64,000 nucleotides of DNA from an uncultured Gemmatimonadales bacterium (GTDB lineage: Bacteria > Gemmatimonadota > Gemmatimonadetes > Gemmatimonadales > GWC2-71-9). Shown one piece after another: positions 27,357-37,411 of the stretch. The position numbers and the translations under genes were made by a program. Location of the stretch: NCBI GenBank assembly GCA_963730185.1, contig CAVSQW010000013.1, forward strand, positions 96,001-160,000, given 5' to 3'. Position 1 is the first letter of the stretch, and each line of letters opens with the position of its first letter. The notes beneath the pieces were generated by a model. That model saw only the letters and a list, made by a program, of their open reading frames with translations. It had not been told where the DNA came from and ran no database searches.

Positions 27357-28759
27357 TAGCGGAGCACCCGGTCGACGATCCCGCCGTCCGACGGGTCCAT
27401 CGACACGTCGGGCGGCACCCCGGTCGGATTGAGCGCGCCGGCCGGCAGGTCCGGCGAGTTCGCGATCATCGGATAGCCCAGCAAAAGGCCACGCGGGCGA
27501 CAGGCCAGCCGGATCAGCCGGACGTTGCCGTAGTCGATCAACCCGCCGGTGTGCCGCCCGAAGAGCGTGACCCGAGGATACCGCATCGCGGTCAGGACGA
27601 AGGCCTCGCCCGCGCTCGCGGTGCCGCCATCCGTCAGGATCGCGACCTGCGGCGGCCCCGCCCGGACGGAGGCCGGAGGATCCGGGTCGCCCGGCGGCCT
27701 CCGGAAGAGGGGGAGCAGCGCGCCCGGCGATCGCGCCATCCGGTCCACGATCGAGTCCGGTGCCCAGCCCGAGCGCTCGAAGTAGCGCTGGTTGTCCGGC
27801 GACGACAACACCACCGGGCGCCAGGACCCGCCCAGCCCCGCCGAGGGATGCTCCCCCCAGTAGAACGGCCGGAGTCCATCGGTCGTCCCCGCGCTCCCAC
27901 CCTCGTCGTCCCGTACGTCCACGATCAACAGCTTCGACCGCGCGATCTCGTCGCCGTGCTCCGCGAGGAGGCTGTCGAGGCGGGCTCGGTATTCGGGTGA
28001 GTGCGAGGGCACCGAGAGGATCGCCGCCTCGGCGCCGAGCGCCCGGTAGGTCGGCCGGCGGGGATCGACGGGATCGAGCGAGGCCTGCCGGCTGGTGTCG
28101 ACCGGCCAGGCCCGCCCCCAGGTCACCGGTGGCAGGTGGAAGAGCTGGTTGCGCCAGATCCGGCCGTCCAGGTGACGGGCGGTCTCGTCTTCGGCGTAGT
28201 AGCGAACCGCGTAGCCGCCGCTCGCCCGAGCGGTGAGCTCCGCCCGGATCTGGCCCGGACGCCAGCGCCCGGAGTCGGCCGCCAGCATCACGGCCACGAA
28301 CTGGCCCGGGGTTCCGTCGGCCGCTCGGACCACCGCCAGCCGATACCCCTTCGCGTACCAGATGCCCTCGGCCGGATCCAGCCGCCCGGCCCTGGCCTCG
28401 AGGTCACGGCGGATCTCGTCGGCCGACCGGGGGTCGACGGCCCGAGCTGCCGCCAGGGCGTCGGTCGAGTCGGCCGAGATCTCCGGGGCCTCGACGACGA
28501 AGAGGTGTCCGTCGTGGAACCAATCGGTCAGCTGCCGGAGTACCGCCACGCAGTCGTCCTCTCCGGTGTTGACGGCCCGCGCCCGGAGTCGGTCGACCAG
28601 TCGGCGGTAGGCCCGCTCCCGAGATCGACCCCTCACCTCCATCGTCCACGCGACGTAGTCCACTTCGATCTTGCTGGTGAGACTGTCGAGGTCGGCGAGG
28701 CACGAACAGGGCGGGGCAGGGCTGACGGCATGGAGCAGGACGAGCAAGGCGGGGCCCAT
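27323..28759 (-). CDS. Secreted S41 family peptidase
   Basis: LIVDVRDDEGGS, TASAGEAF (catalytic Ser), FGRHTGG, GVPPD; N-terminal hydrophobic leader. Confidence 0.82.
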   Translation of the reverse strand: MGPALLVLLHAVSPAPPCSCLADLDSLTSKIEVDYVAWTMEVRGRSRERAYRRLVDRLRARAVNTGEDDCVAVLRQLTDWFHDGHLFVVEAPEISADSTDALAAARAVDPRSADEIRRDLEARAGRLDPAEGIWYAKGYRLAVVRAADGTPGQFVAVMLAADSGRWRPGQIRAELTARASGGYAVRYYAEDETARHLDGRIWRNQLFHLPPVTWGRAWPVDTSRQASLDPVDPRRPTYRALGAEAAILSVPSHSPEYRARLDSLLAEHGDEIARSKLLIVDVRDDEGGSAGTTDGLRPFYWGEHPSAGLGGSWRPVVLSSPDNQRYFERSGWAPDSIVDRMARSPGALLPLFRRPPGDPDPPASVRAGPPQVAILTDGGTASAGEAFVLTAMRYPRVTLFGRHTGGLIDYGNVRLIRLACRPRGLLLGYPMIANSPDLPAGALNPTGVPPDVSMDPSDGGIVDRVLRYYGLGTGSDGT

Positions 28760-28804
28760 GAAGCCTCCTGAGAGTCGTGAGCCGGCGGCGCGGGAACGCC
28801 CACA

Positions 28805-28834
28805 CTAGACAGCGCTCACCTCGCGGAGGGTTGG
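28805..28834 (-). promoter_or_regulatory. Putative ECF-sigma promoter CCAACCC-N17-GTCTAG
   Basis: Matches the motif at 4881, 8423 and 46058; 45 nt upstream of the S41 ATG. Confidence 0.55.
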
Positions 28835-28881
28835 CTGCTCGGTCGGTTTTGTAGCGGAAAGGCGGCGCAGGCCGCCGAGGA

Positions 28882-30390
28882 TCAGCGCGCGGGGCTCCCC
28901 CCGAGGTCCTCGCCCGTGTCGAGCGAGTCGGCGGGGATCACCACGCCTTCGGCGCCCAGCTCGCGGAAGAGCTTCCACTGGGCTTGCCGGGCCGCCCAGA
29001 CGTTGCCGCCATGGTACATGACACTCACCAGCAGCACGCCGTCGGTCCGGCCCAGGTAGCCGACCAGCGAGGCAACGTTCCCGAGCGTCCCGGTCTTGGC
29101 CCGGACCACCCCGCGGCCCGGCAGGCCGTTGGCCAGCTTCCGGAGGGTGCCGGCGCCGTTGGGGGGCAGCAGCATCGGGAAGTTGCGCCCACCCGACGAC
29201 AGGGGGAACCGGGCCAGGTAGGCGATGAACGTCGACGGAGCCACCCGATTGGAATCCGAGAGTCCGCTGCCGTCGACGAGATGGACACCGCTGTAGTCGC
29301 CCGTGATCTGCTGGACGTGCGCCGTCAACCGCGCTGCGGGATCGGGCCCGCTCGCCGTGGCCCACTTGAGCAACAGCTCGGCGCCGAGGTTGCTGCTCCG
29401 CCGGTTGATGTCGCTCGCCAGGGAGTCGAACGTCGGCGAGCGGACCTCGGCCAGCACTACCCGGTCGTCCCGGGGCGGCTCTTCCGCGGTGGAGATGCCG
29501 GGGCTCTCGACCCAGTCGACCCCCGCCTTCGAGAGCGCCCGGGCCCAGCCCGCTTCCATCAGTGCCTGGGGATCGTTGGTCACCCGTGACAGGCTCCGCG
29601 ACCCGGCTCGAATGCCGAGCGTGCCAGCCAGCCGATACCGGCCACCGCGGAGCACCTGAAGGCTGACCCGGCTCCGCCGACCCGACACCGTCCTCGCCGT
29701 CACCGTGACCAGTCGGTCCACGCCGGTCGGCTCGGCCCCGATCAACACGACGTGCTGGCCGACTTTGGCGGCCGGCGCCACACTGACCGTGACGGTGTTG
29801 CTGTTGAGGGTCAGGTTCCCGACCAGCGGGGCGAAGTATCGGCCCCGGTGACGCTTGGCCCAGGTCGACGGATACTCCGCGTCAGGCTCGCCGTGGGCGC
29901 TCATCAGGGTCAAGGGGCCGGTCAGCCGCCGGATGCCGCGATCGGCCAGCTGCACCGCGAGGTCCGTCAGGCTCGGCCCGAATTCGCTTCGCTCGAGCGA
30001 GGGGTCGCCGTTCACCTCGATCGCCCACGTCCCCATCCACGTTCCGCTGGCCCGATCGACATGGCCGATCCCGATCACTCGGGTCGACTTTCGGGCGTCG
30101 CTCCCGAGCACGCTCCGGGCGTAGCCGGTCGTCAGCACCTTGACGGTCGAGGCCGGAATCATTGGCCGGGTGGGCTGGACCCCCCAGACCAGTCTGCCGG
30201 ATTGGTCGGCGACCGCGATCCCCCACTCGCCGGGGGCGCGGCGGGCGGTTTCCCGAAACCATTTGTCGAGTTCTTGCTGGAGGTCGGGCGAGTTGGAGAC
30301 CGGAACGGCGGTACCTTGCGCCGCGAGGGCTCGGGGCGCGCCGAGAAGCAGCGCACCCAGGCACCCGACCGTGACTACCGTACCTCTCAC
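28882..30390 (-). CDS. dacB: D-alanyl-D-alanine carboxypeptidase/endopeptidase PBP4 (S13)
   Basis: SxxK (PASTVK), GDPSL, SxN (RSSN), DGSGLS, KTGTL; signal peptide; start GTG 30390 or TTG 30399. Confidence 0.88.
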   Translation of the reverse strand: MRGTVVTVGCLGALLLGAPRALAAQGTAVPVSNSPDLQQELDKWFRETARRAPGEWGIAVADQSGRLVWGVQPTRPMIPASTVKVLTTGYARSVLGSDARKSTRVIGIGHVDRASGTWMGTWAIEVNGDPSLERSEFGPSLTDLAVQLADRGIRRLTGPLTLMSAHGEPDAEYPSTWAKRHRGRYFAPLVGNLTLNSNTVTVSVAPAAKVGQHVVLIGAEPTGVDRLVTVTARTVSGRRSRVSLQVLRGGRYRLAGTLGIRAGSRSLSRVTNDPQALMEAGWARALSKAGVDWVESPGISTAEEPPRDDRVVLAEVRSPTFDSLASDINRRSSNLGAELLLKWATASGPDPAARLTAHVQQITGDYSGVHLVDGSGLSDSNRVAPSTFIAYLARFPLSSGGRNFPMLLPPNGAGTLRKLANGLPGRGVVRAKTGTLGNVASLVGYLGRTDGVLLVSVMYHGGNVWAARQAQWKLFRELGAEGVVIPADSLDTGEDLGGSPAR

Positions 30391-30414
30391 ATAGTTCAAG
30401 ACCGACTCCGTGGG

Positions 30415-31578
30415 CTACCGCAACATCGCCTTGGCGATCGTCTGGAGCTGCATGTTGCTGGTACCCTCATAAATCGTGCCAATTTTGGCATCGCGGTAGA
30501 ACTTCTCGACCGGGTACTCCCTCGAGTAGCCGTAGCCTCCGAACAGCTCCAGCGCTTGTCCCGTGACCCGGTTGGCCACCTGGGAGCTGAAGAGCTTGGC
30601 GCCGGCCGCATCTTCGACGAACGGATGCCCGGTGTCCTTGAGGCGGGCGGTGTTGTAGACCATCAGCCGGGCGGCGTCGAGCTCCACCTTGCACTGGGCC
30701 AGCTGGAACTGCACCCCCTGGAACTCGGCGATCGACTTGCCGAACTGCTTCCGCTCCTGAACATACCGCACCGCGGCGTCGAGGGCGCCCTGGGCGATGC
30801 CGATCATCTGGGCCCCGATCCCGATTCGACCCTCGTTCAGGGTCTCGATCGCGACCTTGTATCCCTGCCCTACGGGGCCGAGGACGTTTTCGTTTGGCAC
30901 CCGACAACCCTCGAGGATCAGCTCGGTCGTGCTCGAGGCCCGGATGCCGAGCTTGTTTTCCTTCTTCCCCACCGAGAAGCCGGGGAAGTCCCGCTCCACC
31001 AGGAAGGCGGTGATTCCCTTGTACCCCTTCGAGAAATCGGTGTTGGCGAAGACGATGAAGACGCCGGCCTCGGCGCCGTTCGTGATCCAGAACTTCCGGC
31101 CGGTAAGCTCCCAGTGGTCGCCCTTCGACTCCGCCTTGCAGGCCAGCGCGAAGGCGTCGCTGCCGCTTCCGGGCTCGGAGAGGGCATAGGCCCCCAGGAG
31201 GCCGGTGGTCATCCGGGGAAACAGCCGCTGCTTCTGCTCGTCGTTCCCCCAGCGGAGGATCGCGTTGTTGACCAGGGTGTTGTGGACGTCGACGTAGATC
31301 GCGGCCGAGGCATCCACCCGGGCCAGCTCCTCGATGGCGAGGGTGGCCAGGAAGATCGAGCCGTCGGCGCCGCCGAGGGCCTCGGGTACTTCGATTCCCA
31401 TGAGTCCGAGGTCGAAGAACTTCTCGATCAGGTCGGGCCGGAACTTCGCGGCCTCGTCCATCTCCATCACGTGAGGAAGGACCTCAGTCTCGGCGAACTC
31501 ACGCACGGTCTGACGAAAGAGCTGCTCCTCTTCCGAGAGCGTGGTGAGAGCGGGGGGCGCGGTGATGGTGTCGGACAT
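30415..31578 (-). CDS. Acyl-CoA dehydrogenase (short/branched-chain-like)
   Basis: ALSEPGSGSDA, GRKFWITNG, KLGIRASST, ERKQFGKSI, GGYGY, IYEGTSN. Confidence 0.95.
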   Translation of the reverse strand: MSDTITAPPALTTLSEEEQLFRQTVREFAETEVLPHVMEMDEAAKFRPDLIEKFFDLGLMGIEVPEALGGADGSIFLATLAIEELARVDASAAIYVDVHNTLVNNAILRWGNDEQKQRLFPRMTTGLLGAYALSEPGSGSDAFALACKAESKGDHWELTGRKFWITNGAEAGVFIVFANTDFSKGYKGITAFLVERDFPGFSVGKKENKLGIRASSTTELILEGCRVPNENVLGPVGQGYKVAIETLNEGRIGIGAQMIGIAQGALDAAVRYVQERKQFGKSIAEFQGVQFQLAQCKVELDAARLMVYNTARLKDTGHPFVEDAAGAKLFSSQVANRVTGQALELFGGYGYSREYPVEKFYRDAKIGTIYEGTSNMQLQTIAKAMLR

Positions 31579-31743
31579 CTGTGGCTCCGGCAGCGGACGG
31601 AATCGACCTGTGAGCGCTCAAAGATAGCACCCCGGGGCAGCCGCTCAAATCCAATTCCGCCAACAGTTTGAGGCGAATTCAATGGTCCCGTGTGCATTCC
31701 GGGCCAATCGGCGCATCTCCCGGACCCACACACGGAGGACACG

Positions 31744-33645
31744 ATGTTCGGGCTCAAGCGTTGGGCGCTCGCGGGTGGACTGCTGTTCGGATTGACGCCC
31801 CAGGCCGGTACCGCGCCCGCGACCGGCTCGGTGGAGGGCCTGGTGCGGGCGGCCACGGGCGCCCCGTTGCCGGGCGCGGCCGTGGCCGTCGAAGGCGGAG
31901 CGAGCCAGACCCGCACCGACCCTCAAGGACGGTTCCGGATCGAAGGGCTGCCGGCTGGTCGAACCGTGCTCCGGGCCACCTTGCTCGGCTATGCGGCTGG
32001 CCGCGAGGTCGTCGAGGTCAGGGAAGGGCGGGTAGCCCGGGTCGAATTCCTGCTCCGGGCGATGCCGATGGCGCTCGATGAGCTCGTGACGACCGCTTCG
32101 CCCGAGTCGCAGGCCCCCTCACCGTCCACCCTCAGGATTCGGGGCAGCGGCATCGCCAAGGCCAATGGCCGGATTCTAGGCCAGTCGGCCCGCCGCGACT
32201 TCAACACCGAGGAGTACAAGTACTTCGACGACAATGGTTGGAAGACCTCGCGACGCGACCCGCTCTCCACCTTCTCGATCGATGTCGACGCCGCCAGCTA
32301 CAGCAACGTCCGTCGATTCATCTCCCGGGGACAGCTGCCGCCCAAGGACGCGGTCCGGGTCGAGGAGATGATCAACTACTTCCACTACGACTATCCCGAT
32401 CCTCGGGATGACGATCCCTTCTCCGTCACCACCGAGCTCACCGACGCTCCCTGGGCCCCGGGCCACAAGCTGGCCCTGATCGGCTTGCAGGGACGCCGCT
32501 TGATCATGGACCGCCTTCCCCCGACCAATCTGGTGTTCCTGCTCGACGTGAGCGGGTCGATGAACGCGCCCGACAAGTTGCCCCTGGTACAGGCGGGGTT
32601 CCGGCTGCTCGTCAACCAGCTCCGCCCGGAGGATCGGGTGGCGATCGTGGTCTATGCCGGCGCGGCCGGCCTGGTGCTGCCGTCGACCTCGGGAGCCGAC
32701 AAGGACCGGATCCTCGAGGCCATCGATCGCCTCCAGGCCGGCGGCTCGACGGCCGGCGGCGCCGGCATCCAACTGGCGTATGCCGTGGCCCGGGAGCACT
32801 TCCTTCCCGAGGGCAACAATCGGGTGATCCTCGCCACCGACGGCGACTTCAACGTCGGCGCCTCGAGCGAGGGCGAGCTGGTCCGGATGATCGAGGCGCG
32901 CCGCCAGGACGGCGTGTTCCTCACCGTGCTCGGCTTCGGCACCGGCAACCTCAAGGACTCGCGGATGGAGCAGCTGGCCGACAAGGGGAACGGCCACTAC
33001 GCCTACGTGGACGACCTGCTCGAAGCCAAGAAGGTCTTCGTCCAGGAGCTCGGCGCCACGCTCTACACCATCGCCAAGGACGTGAAGGTCCAGGTCGAGT
33101 TCAATCCCGCCCGGGTCGCCTCCTATCGCCTGGTGGGGTACGAGAACCGAGTCCTTGCCGCCGAGGACTTCAACGACGATCGGAAGGACGCGGGCGAGAT
33201 GGGCGCCGGGCACAGCGTGACCGCGCTCTACGAGATCATCCCGGTCGGGGGAGATTCCGACGACGATCGGCGGCCTGCCGTCGACCCCCTCAAGTACCAA
33301 ACCCGGGACCGCCCCCGGATCACCCGCGACCGTCCGTCGGGTGACTGGTTCACCGCCAAGTTCCGCTACAAGACCCCCCAGGGCCTCCGGAGCCGCCTGC
33401 TGGAGCGGGTGGTGCGCTCGGAGAACCGGCCGTCGACCGACTTCCGGTTCGCCACCGCGGTCGCCGCGTTCGGGATGGTGCTTCGGGATTCCGAGTACAA
33501 GGGCGACCTGACCTACCGCGAGGTGCTTTCCCTCGCCCGGGCCGCCCGGGGTAGGGACGACGACGGCTACCGAGGCGAGCTCGTCCGATTGGTCGAGACG
33601 GCCTCCTTGCTGGCCGAGCGGAATCCGGTGACCGGCGATCGATAG
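31744..33645 (+). CDS. Secreted VWA-domain protein (YfbK-like) with N-terminal carboxypeptidase-regulatory-like domain
   Basis: Signal peptide, GSVEGLV...TDPQGRF, PLSTFSIDVDAASY, MIDAS DVSGS, ATDGDFNVG, GYENR; GGAGG SD. Confidence 0.88.
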   Translation: MFGLKRWALAGGLLFGLTPQAGTAPATGSVEGLVRAATGAPLPGAAVAVEGGASQTRTDPQGRFRIEGLPAGRTVLRATLLGYAAGREVVEVREGRVARVEFLLRAMPMALDELVTTASPESQAPSPSTLRIRGSGIAKANGRILGQSARRDFNTEEYKYFDDNGWKTSRRDPLSTFSIDVDAASYSNVRRFISRGQLPPKDAVRVEEMINYFHYDYPDPRDDDPFSVTTELTDAPWAPGHKLALIGLQGRRLIMDRLPPTNLVFLLDVSGSMNAPDKLPLVQAGFRLLVNQLRPEDRVAIVVYAGAAGLVLPSTSGADKDRILEAIDRLQAGGSTAGGAGIQLAYAVAREHFLPEGNNRVILATDGDFNVGASSEGELVRMIEARRQDGVFLTVLGFGTGNLKDSRMEQLADKGNGHYAYVDDLLEAKKVFVQELGATLYTIAKDVKVQVEFNPARVASYRLVGYENRVLAAEDFNDDRKDAGEMGAGHSVTALYEIIPVGGDSDDDRRPAVDPLKYQTRDRPRITRDRPSGDWFTAKFRYKTPQGLRSRLLERVVRSENRPSTDFRFATAVAAFGMVLRDSEYKGDLTYREVLSLARAARGRDDDGYRGELVRLVETASLLAERNPVTGDR

Positions 33646-33670
33646 CGACGCTCTCCTGACCGTTGGGTGG

Positions 33671-33714
33671 GGCCAGGCCCCCGACGCCTCGCGCCAGGCG
33701 CCGGGGGTTTGGCC
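33671..33714 (+). terminator. Imperfect GC-rich hairpin after the VWA gene
   Basis: GGCCAGGCCCCCGACGCCT...AGGCGCCGGGGGTTTGGCC. Confidence 0.45.
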
Positions 33715-33811
33715 ATCCCGCCAGCGGACCAGGGCCATCTGGCCCCATGTGCGACGGATCGTCGCATCGTATGTTGGTTGGGTTGAAGAAACGTTCAGGC
33801 AGAGGCGCGCC

Positions 33812-34225
33812 ATGGGCATGACCTTCACGGTGGAACCGGGGCGGCGCCTGGTCTTCACTGTCGCCGACGGCCCCCTTCGGGTCGCGGATTTCGCCACCCA
33901 CGTCCAGGCCCTGGCCGACGCCGGGGCCCTCGGGCACTCGCAGTTGATCGACGCTCGATCGGCCTCGCTCGACATCACCACCCATGAAAATCGGAACTTC
34001 GCCGAGCTGATGCGACGGATGCGGGCGGTGCATGGATCGACCCGCACCGCCTTTGTCGTCTCCCGGGACCTCGACTATGGCCTCGCCCGGATGTACGAGG
34101 GCATGAGCGCCGAGATCGACCCCGGCTTTCGGGTCTTCCGCGACCTGACCGAAGCCCGGCAATGGATTCTCGAGCCCGTGGGGGGCGCGACCCGGGGCGA
34201 TCGTGCGGACCAGGAGCGGAGCTAG
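33812..34225 (+). CDS. Small STAS/SpoIIAA-like hypothetical protein
   Basis: LIDAR...RTAFVV...YGLARMY...FRVFRDLTEARQWI pattern. Confidence 0.72.
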   Translation: MGMTFTVEPGRRLVFTVADGPLRVADFATHVQALADAGALGHSQLIDARSASLDITTHENRNFAELMRRMRAVHGSTRTAFVVSRDLDYGLARMYEGMSAEIDPGFRVFRDLTEARQWILEPVGGATRGDRADQERS

Positions 34226-34251
34226 TCGGTCGGTTGGCTCCCGGGGCCGCG

Positions 34252-34301
34252 TTGACGGCCGGCCGAGCGTCGCGTACATTCCCCGGAAACGTTCCGGGGA
34301 A
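34252..34301 (+). promoter_or_regulatory. sigma70 promoter TTGACG-N17-TACATT with overlapping operator TTCCCCGGAA-ACG-TTCCGGGGAA
   Basis: -35 at 34252-34257, -10 at 34275-34280, 10-bp perfect inverted repeat at 34279-34301 immediately before padR. Confidence 0.7.
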
Positions 34302-34304
34302 CGC

Positions 34305-34646
34305 ATGGCTCAACCCGATCTCGATCTGCTCCAAGGCACCTTGGACGTCCTGGTGCTCAAGGCCCTTCAAGGCGGCGCGGCCCACGGCTACGCCGTCGCT
34401 CGCTGGATCCGGAGCCAGACCGACGAGGTGATCCAAGTCGAGGATCGGGCCTTGTACGTGGCCCTGCACCGGCTCGAGGCCCGGGGCTGGATCGAGTCGG
34501 AATGGGGTCTCTCCGAAAACAACCGCCGGGCCAAGTACTACGAGCTCACCGCAGCGGGTCGCCGTGGCCTCCGGGAGAAGGCCGCGGGGTGGTCGGTCTA
34601 CGCCGCGGCCATGGCCAAGGCGCTCGGCGGGCCTGCGGAGGCCTGA
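34305..34646 (+). CDS. PadR family transcriptional regulator (Acidobacterial type)
   Basis: LLQGTLDVLVLKAL, HGYAV, LYVALHRLE, SENNRRAKYYELT. Confidence 0.93.
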   Translation: MAQPDLDLLQGTLDVLVLKALQGGAAHGYAVARWIRSQTDEVIQVEDRALYVALHRLEARGWIESEWGLSENNRRAKYYELTAAGRRGLREKAAGWSVYAAAMAKALGGPAEA

Positions 34647-34647
34647 C

Positions 34648-37323
34648 GTGGCTCGTTTCGCCGGCGTTCGCCGTCTGCTCCGAATGCTCGCGCGGCGGCG
34701 GACCGTCGACCGCGACGTCCGGGACGAGCTGGACTTCCACCTCGTCTCCCGGGAGGACGAGCTGGTCCGGTCCGGACTCTCGCCGTCCGACGCGCGGGGC
34801 GTGGCCCGCCGGGAGTTCGGCGACCTGGACGCCGCCCGGGCGGAGCTGAGCCGTGTCACCCGGGTCGTGGCCCGAAGGCGCGACCGGGCCGAGTGGCTGG
34901 CCGACCTCGCTACGGACCTCCGGCTCGCGGGGAGGCGCCTCGTCCGAGAGCCGGGTTACTTCACCGCCGCCGTCCTGACGCTCGGTCTCGGCATCGGTGC
35001 CAACCTCGCCATCGCCGCGGTGGGCCAGGCCGCGCTGCTTCACCCGTTACCGTATCCGCGTCCCGACCGGCTGGTCGTGGTGGAGGAGACGAAGGGCGGC
35101 GTCGGCGCGGATCGGAGCGAGGCGTCCTACCCCGATTTCGAGGATCTTCGGACTGCCGCCGAGCCGGTGCTGAGCGGCCTCGAGGCGTTCGACCCCGGCA
35201 ACGCCACCGCGACCATCGGGGGACGGGCCGACCGGGTTCGGGTGACCGAGGTGACGCCGGGCTTCCTCGACCTGCTCGGCGCCCGACGTGTCCTGGGTCG
35301 GTCGTTCCGGCCGGAGGAGAACGTTCCGGGTGGCGGGTCGGTCACGGTGCTGTCCCATCGGTACTGGCGGGATGCCTTCGGCGCCGATCCCGGGGTCCTC
35401 GGCCGGGTCGTGACGCTCGACGGGACCGCCTACGCCGTCGTCGGCGTGGTGGCGGGTGACTTTCACTTTGCGCTGGGCGGTGACCCGGATCTCTGGCTTC
35501 CCTTGGGCGCGTCGGCCGGCCGGCGGGCCCAACGCTTCAATCACTGGCTTCATCCGGTGGGCCGCCTCCAAGACGGAGTATCCCTTGCCACGGCCGAGAG
35601 CCGCCTGGCGGGGGTGATGCGCCGGCTCGCGGCGGCCTATCCCGAGACCAACGCCGGGCGGGGGGTGGTGCTCACCTCGCTTCGAGACGAGATCGTCGGC
35701 GGCGTCCGGCCGATCGTGCTGGGCCTGGGGGCGGCGCTCCTCATGGTGCTGCTGATCGTCTGCGCCAACCTGGCGAGCCTGACCTTGGCCCGCGGCCTGG
35801 CCCGTGGCCGGGAGCTGGCGGTGCGGACGGCGCTGGGTGCGAGCCGGGGACGGGTGGTCCGACTCCTCCTGACCGAGAGCCTGCTGGTCGCGCTGGCCGG
35901 CGCCGTCCTCGGAGCGGTGGCCGCTGGTCCCGCCGTTCGCCTCGCGCTCGGCGCGGTCCCCGAGGGAACGCTCAACACCCTTCCTTTTCTCGCTCAGGCC
36001 CGGATCGCTCCGTCGACCCTCGGGTACGGGCTGGCGTTGTCGCTCGGGGCCGGTCTCCTGTTCGGCGCGGTTCCGCTCGTGGCGTTTCGTTGGTCGGAGC
36101 CGGGCGCGCTCCTCGCCGGCGGAGCCCGGCTTCTGGGTTCCCGGGGTCGTCTCCGGTCCGTTCTGGTGGTGGGTCAGGTGGCCTTGACCGCGGTGCTTCT
36201 AGTCGGCGCCGGGCTGCTGACCCGGAGCCTGGCACGCCTGCTCGACCAGGATCCTGGGTTCGTGTCCGATCACGTCCTGACTGCCCGGGTCGCCCTCGAC
36301 GCGCCCCGGTTCGACTCGGCCGGTACCCGAGGTCGCTACCTCGCCGAGGTGGTCCGCGAAGCCCGCACGCTGCCGGGCGTCCGATCCGTGGGCGGTGTCA
36401 CCCAGCTGCCACTCAACGGAGGCTCGACCAACACCTTCAAGGTCGAGGGTGCGCCGGAGCCTGATCCGGCCGCCCGTCCGGAGGCGGTGATGCGGGGCGT
36501 CGTCGGCGACTACTTCGAAACCCTGAAGATCCCGTTGTTCGACGGGCGCTTCCTCACCCCAGACGACGACCGTCCGACCGCGCGGTCCCTGCTGGTCAAC
36601 CGATCGCTGGCCGACCGGTTGTGGCCTCACCGCTCCGCGATCGGGCAGCGGCTCCGCTTCTACGCCTTTCCGGACAGCGCCTGGGAGGTCGTGGGTGTGG
36701 TGGGAGACGTGAGGACGGAGGCACTCGACGCCCGGGTCCCACCGACCATCTACTACTCCGGCATCGCGGCCGGCGACGGGCGGATGTCACTCGTCGTGGA
36801 GACCGCGGGCCTGCCCACCGAGCTGATTCCGGCGCTCCGGGCCATGCTGACCGCGCTGGCGCCGGACGTGCCGGGTTACTCGATCGCCTCGATGGACGAG
36901 TACGTCGCTCGGTCGCCGGCGATCGCCGGCCGGCGCCTCACCTTGATCGTGGTCGTGGCGCTGGCCGGACTCGCCCTGGCGCTGGCGGTGGTGGGGCTCT
37001 ATGGCGCGCTGGCCTACCAGGTGGCGCAACGCCGTCGTGAGCTCGGCCTCCGGATAGCCCTGGGCGCGAGTCCTGGTCGGCTCAGGGGAGCCGTGCTTCG
37101 GGCGGGGGCGGCCCTGGCTGGGCTCGGGCTCGGGCTCGGTTTGGTCGTCGCGCTGGTGGTAGGACGGGCGTTGACCGATCTGCTTTACGGCGTGGGCGCG
37201 ACCGACCCCACCACGTTCGGAGTGGTCGCGGTGCTGCTGCTCTTCACCGGCTTGGTGGCCAGTTGGCTTCCGGCCTATCGGGCGGCCCGGGTCGATCCCA
37301 TCGAGACCCTCCGGGACGACTGA
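34648..37323 (+). CDS. ADOP-type duplicated permease with N-terminal prefix domain
   Basis: DELDFHL...DARGVARREFG prefix, LGIGANLAI, CANLASL, RRRELGLRIALGA; GTG 1 nt after the padR stop. Confidence 0.92.
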   Translation: MARFAGVRRLLRMLARRRTVDRDVRDELDFHLVSREDELVRSGLSPSDARGVARREFGDLDAARAELSRVTRVVARRRDRAEWLADLATDLRLAGRRLVREPGYFTAAVLTLGLGIGANLAIAAVGQAALLHPLPYPRPDRLVVVEETKGGVGADRSEASYPDFEDLRTAAEPVLSGLEAFDPGNATATIGGRADRVRVTEVTPGFLDLLGARRVLGRSFRPEENVPGGGSVTVLSHRYWRDAFGADPGVLGRVVTLDGTAYAVVGVVAGDFHFALGGDPDLWLPLGASAGRRAQRFNHWLHPVGRLQDGVSLATAESRLAGVMRRLAAAYPETNAGRGVVLTSLRDEIVGGVRPIVLGLGAALLMVLLIVCANLASLTLARGLARGRELAVRTALGASRGRVVRLLLTESLLVALAGAVLGAVAAGPAVRLALGAVPEGTLNTLPFLAQARIAPSTLGYGLALSLGAGLLFGAVPLVAFRWSEPGALLAGGARLLGSRGRLRSVLVVGQVALTAVLLVGAGLLTRSLARLLDQDPGFVSDHVLTARVALDAPRFDSAGTRGRYLAEVVREARTLPGVRSVGGVTQLPLNGGSTNTFKVEGAPEPDPAARPEAVMRGVVGDYFETLKIPLFDGRFLTPDDDRPTARSLLVNRSLADRLWPHRSAIGQRLRFYAFPDSAWEVVGVVGDVRTEALDARVPPTIYYSGIAAGDGRMSLVVETAGLPTELIPALRAMLTALAPDVPGYSIASMDEYVARSPAIAGRRLTLIVVVALAGLALALAVVGLYGALAYQVAQRRRELGLRIALGASPGRLRGAVLRAGAALAGLGLGLGLVVALVVGRALTDLLYGVGATDPTTFGVVAVLLLFTGLVASWLPAYRAARVDPIETLRDD

Positions 37324-37411
37324 CCGCGATGTGACGGAAGTCTCAGCGCGCCCGGCGGCCCGGCCTAGATTTCTCCCGGCATCGAGCCTCACCCTTTGCC
37401 GGGAGCGTCCC

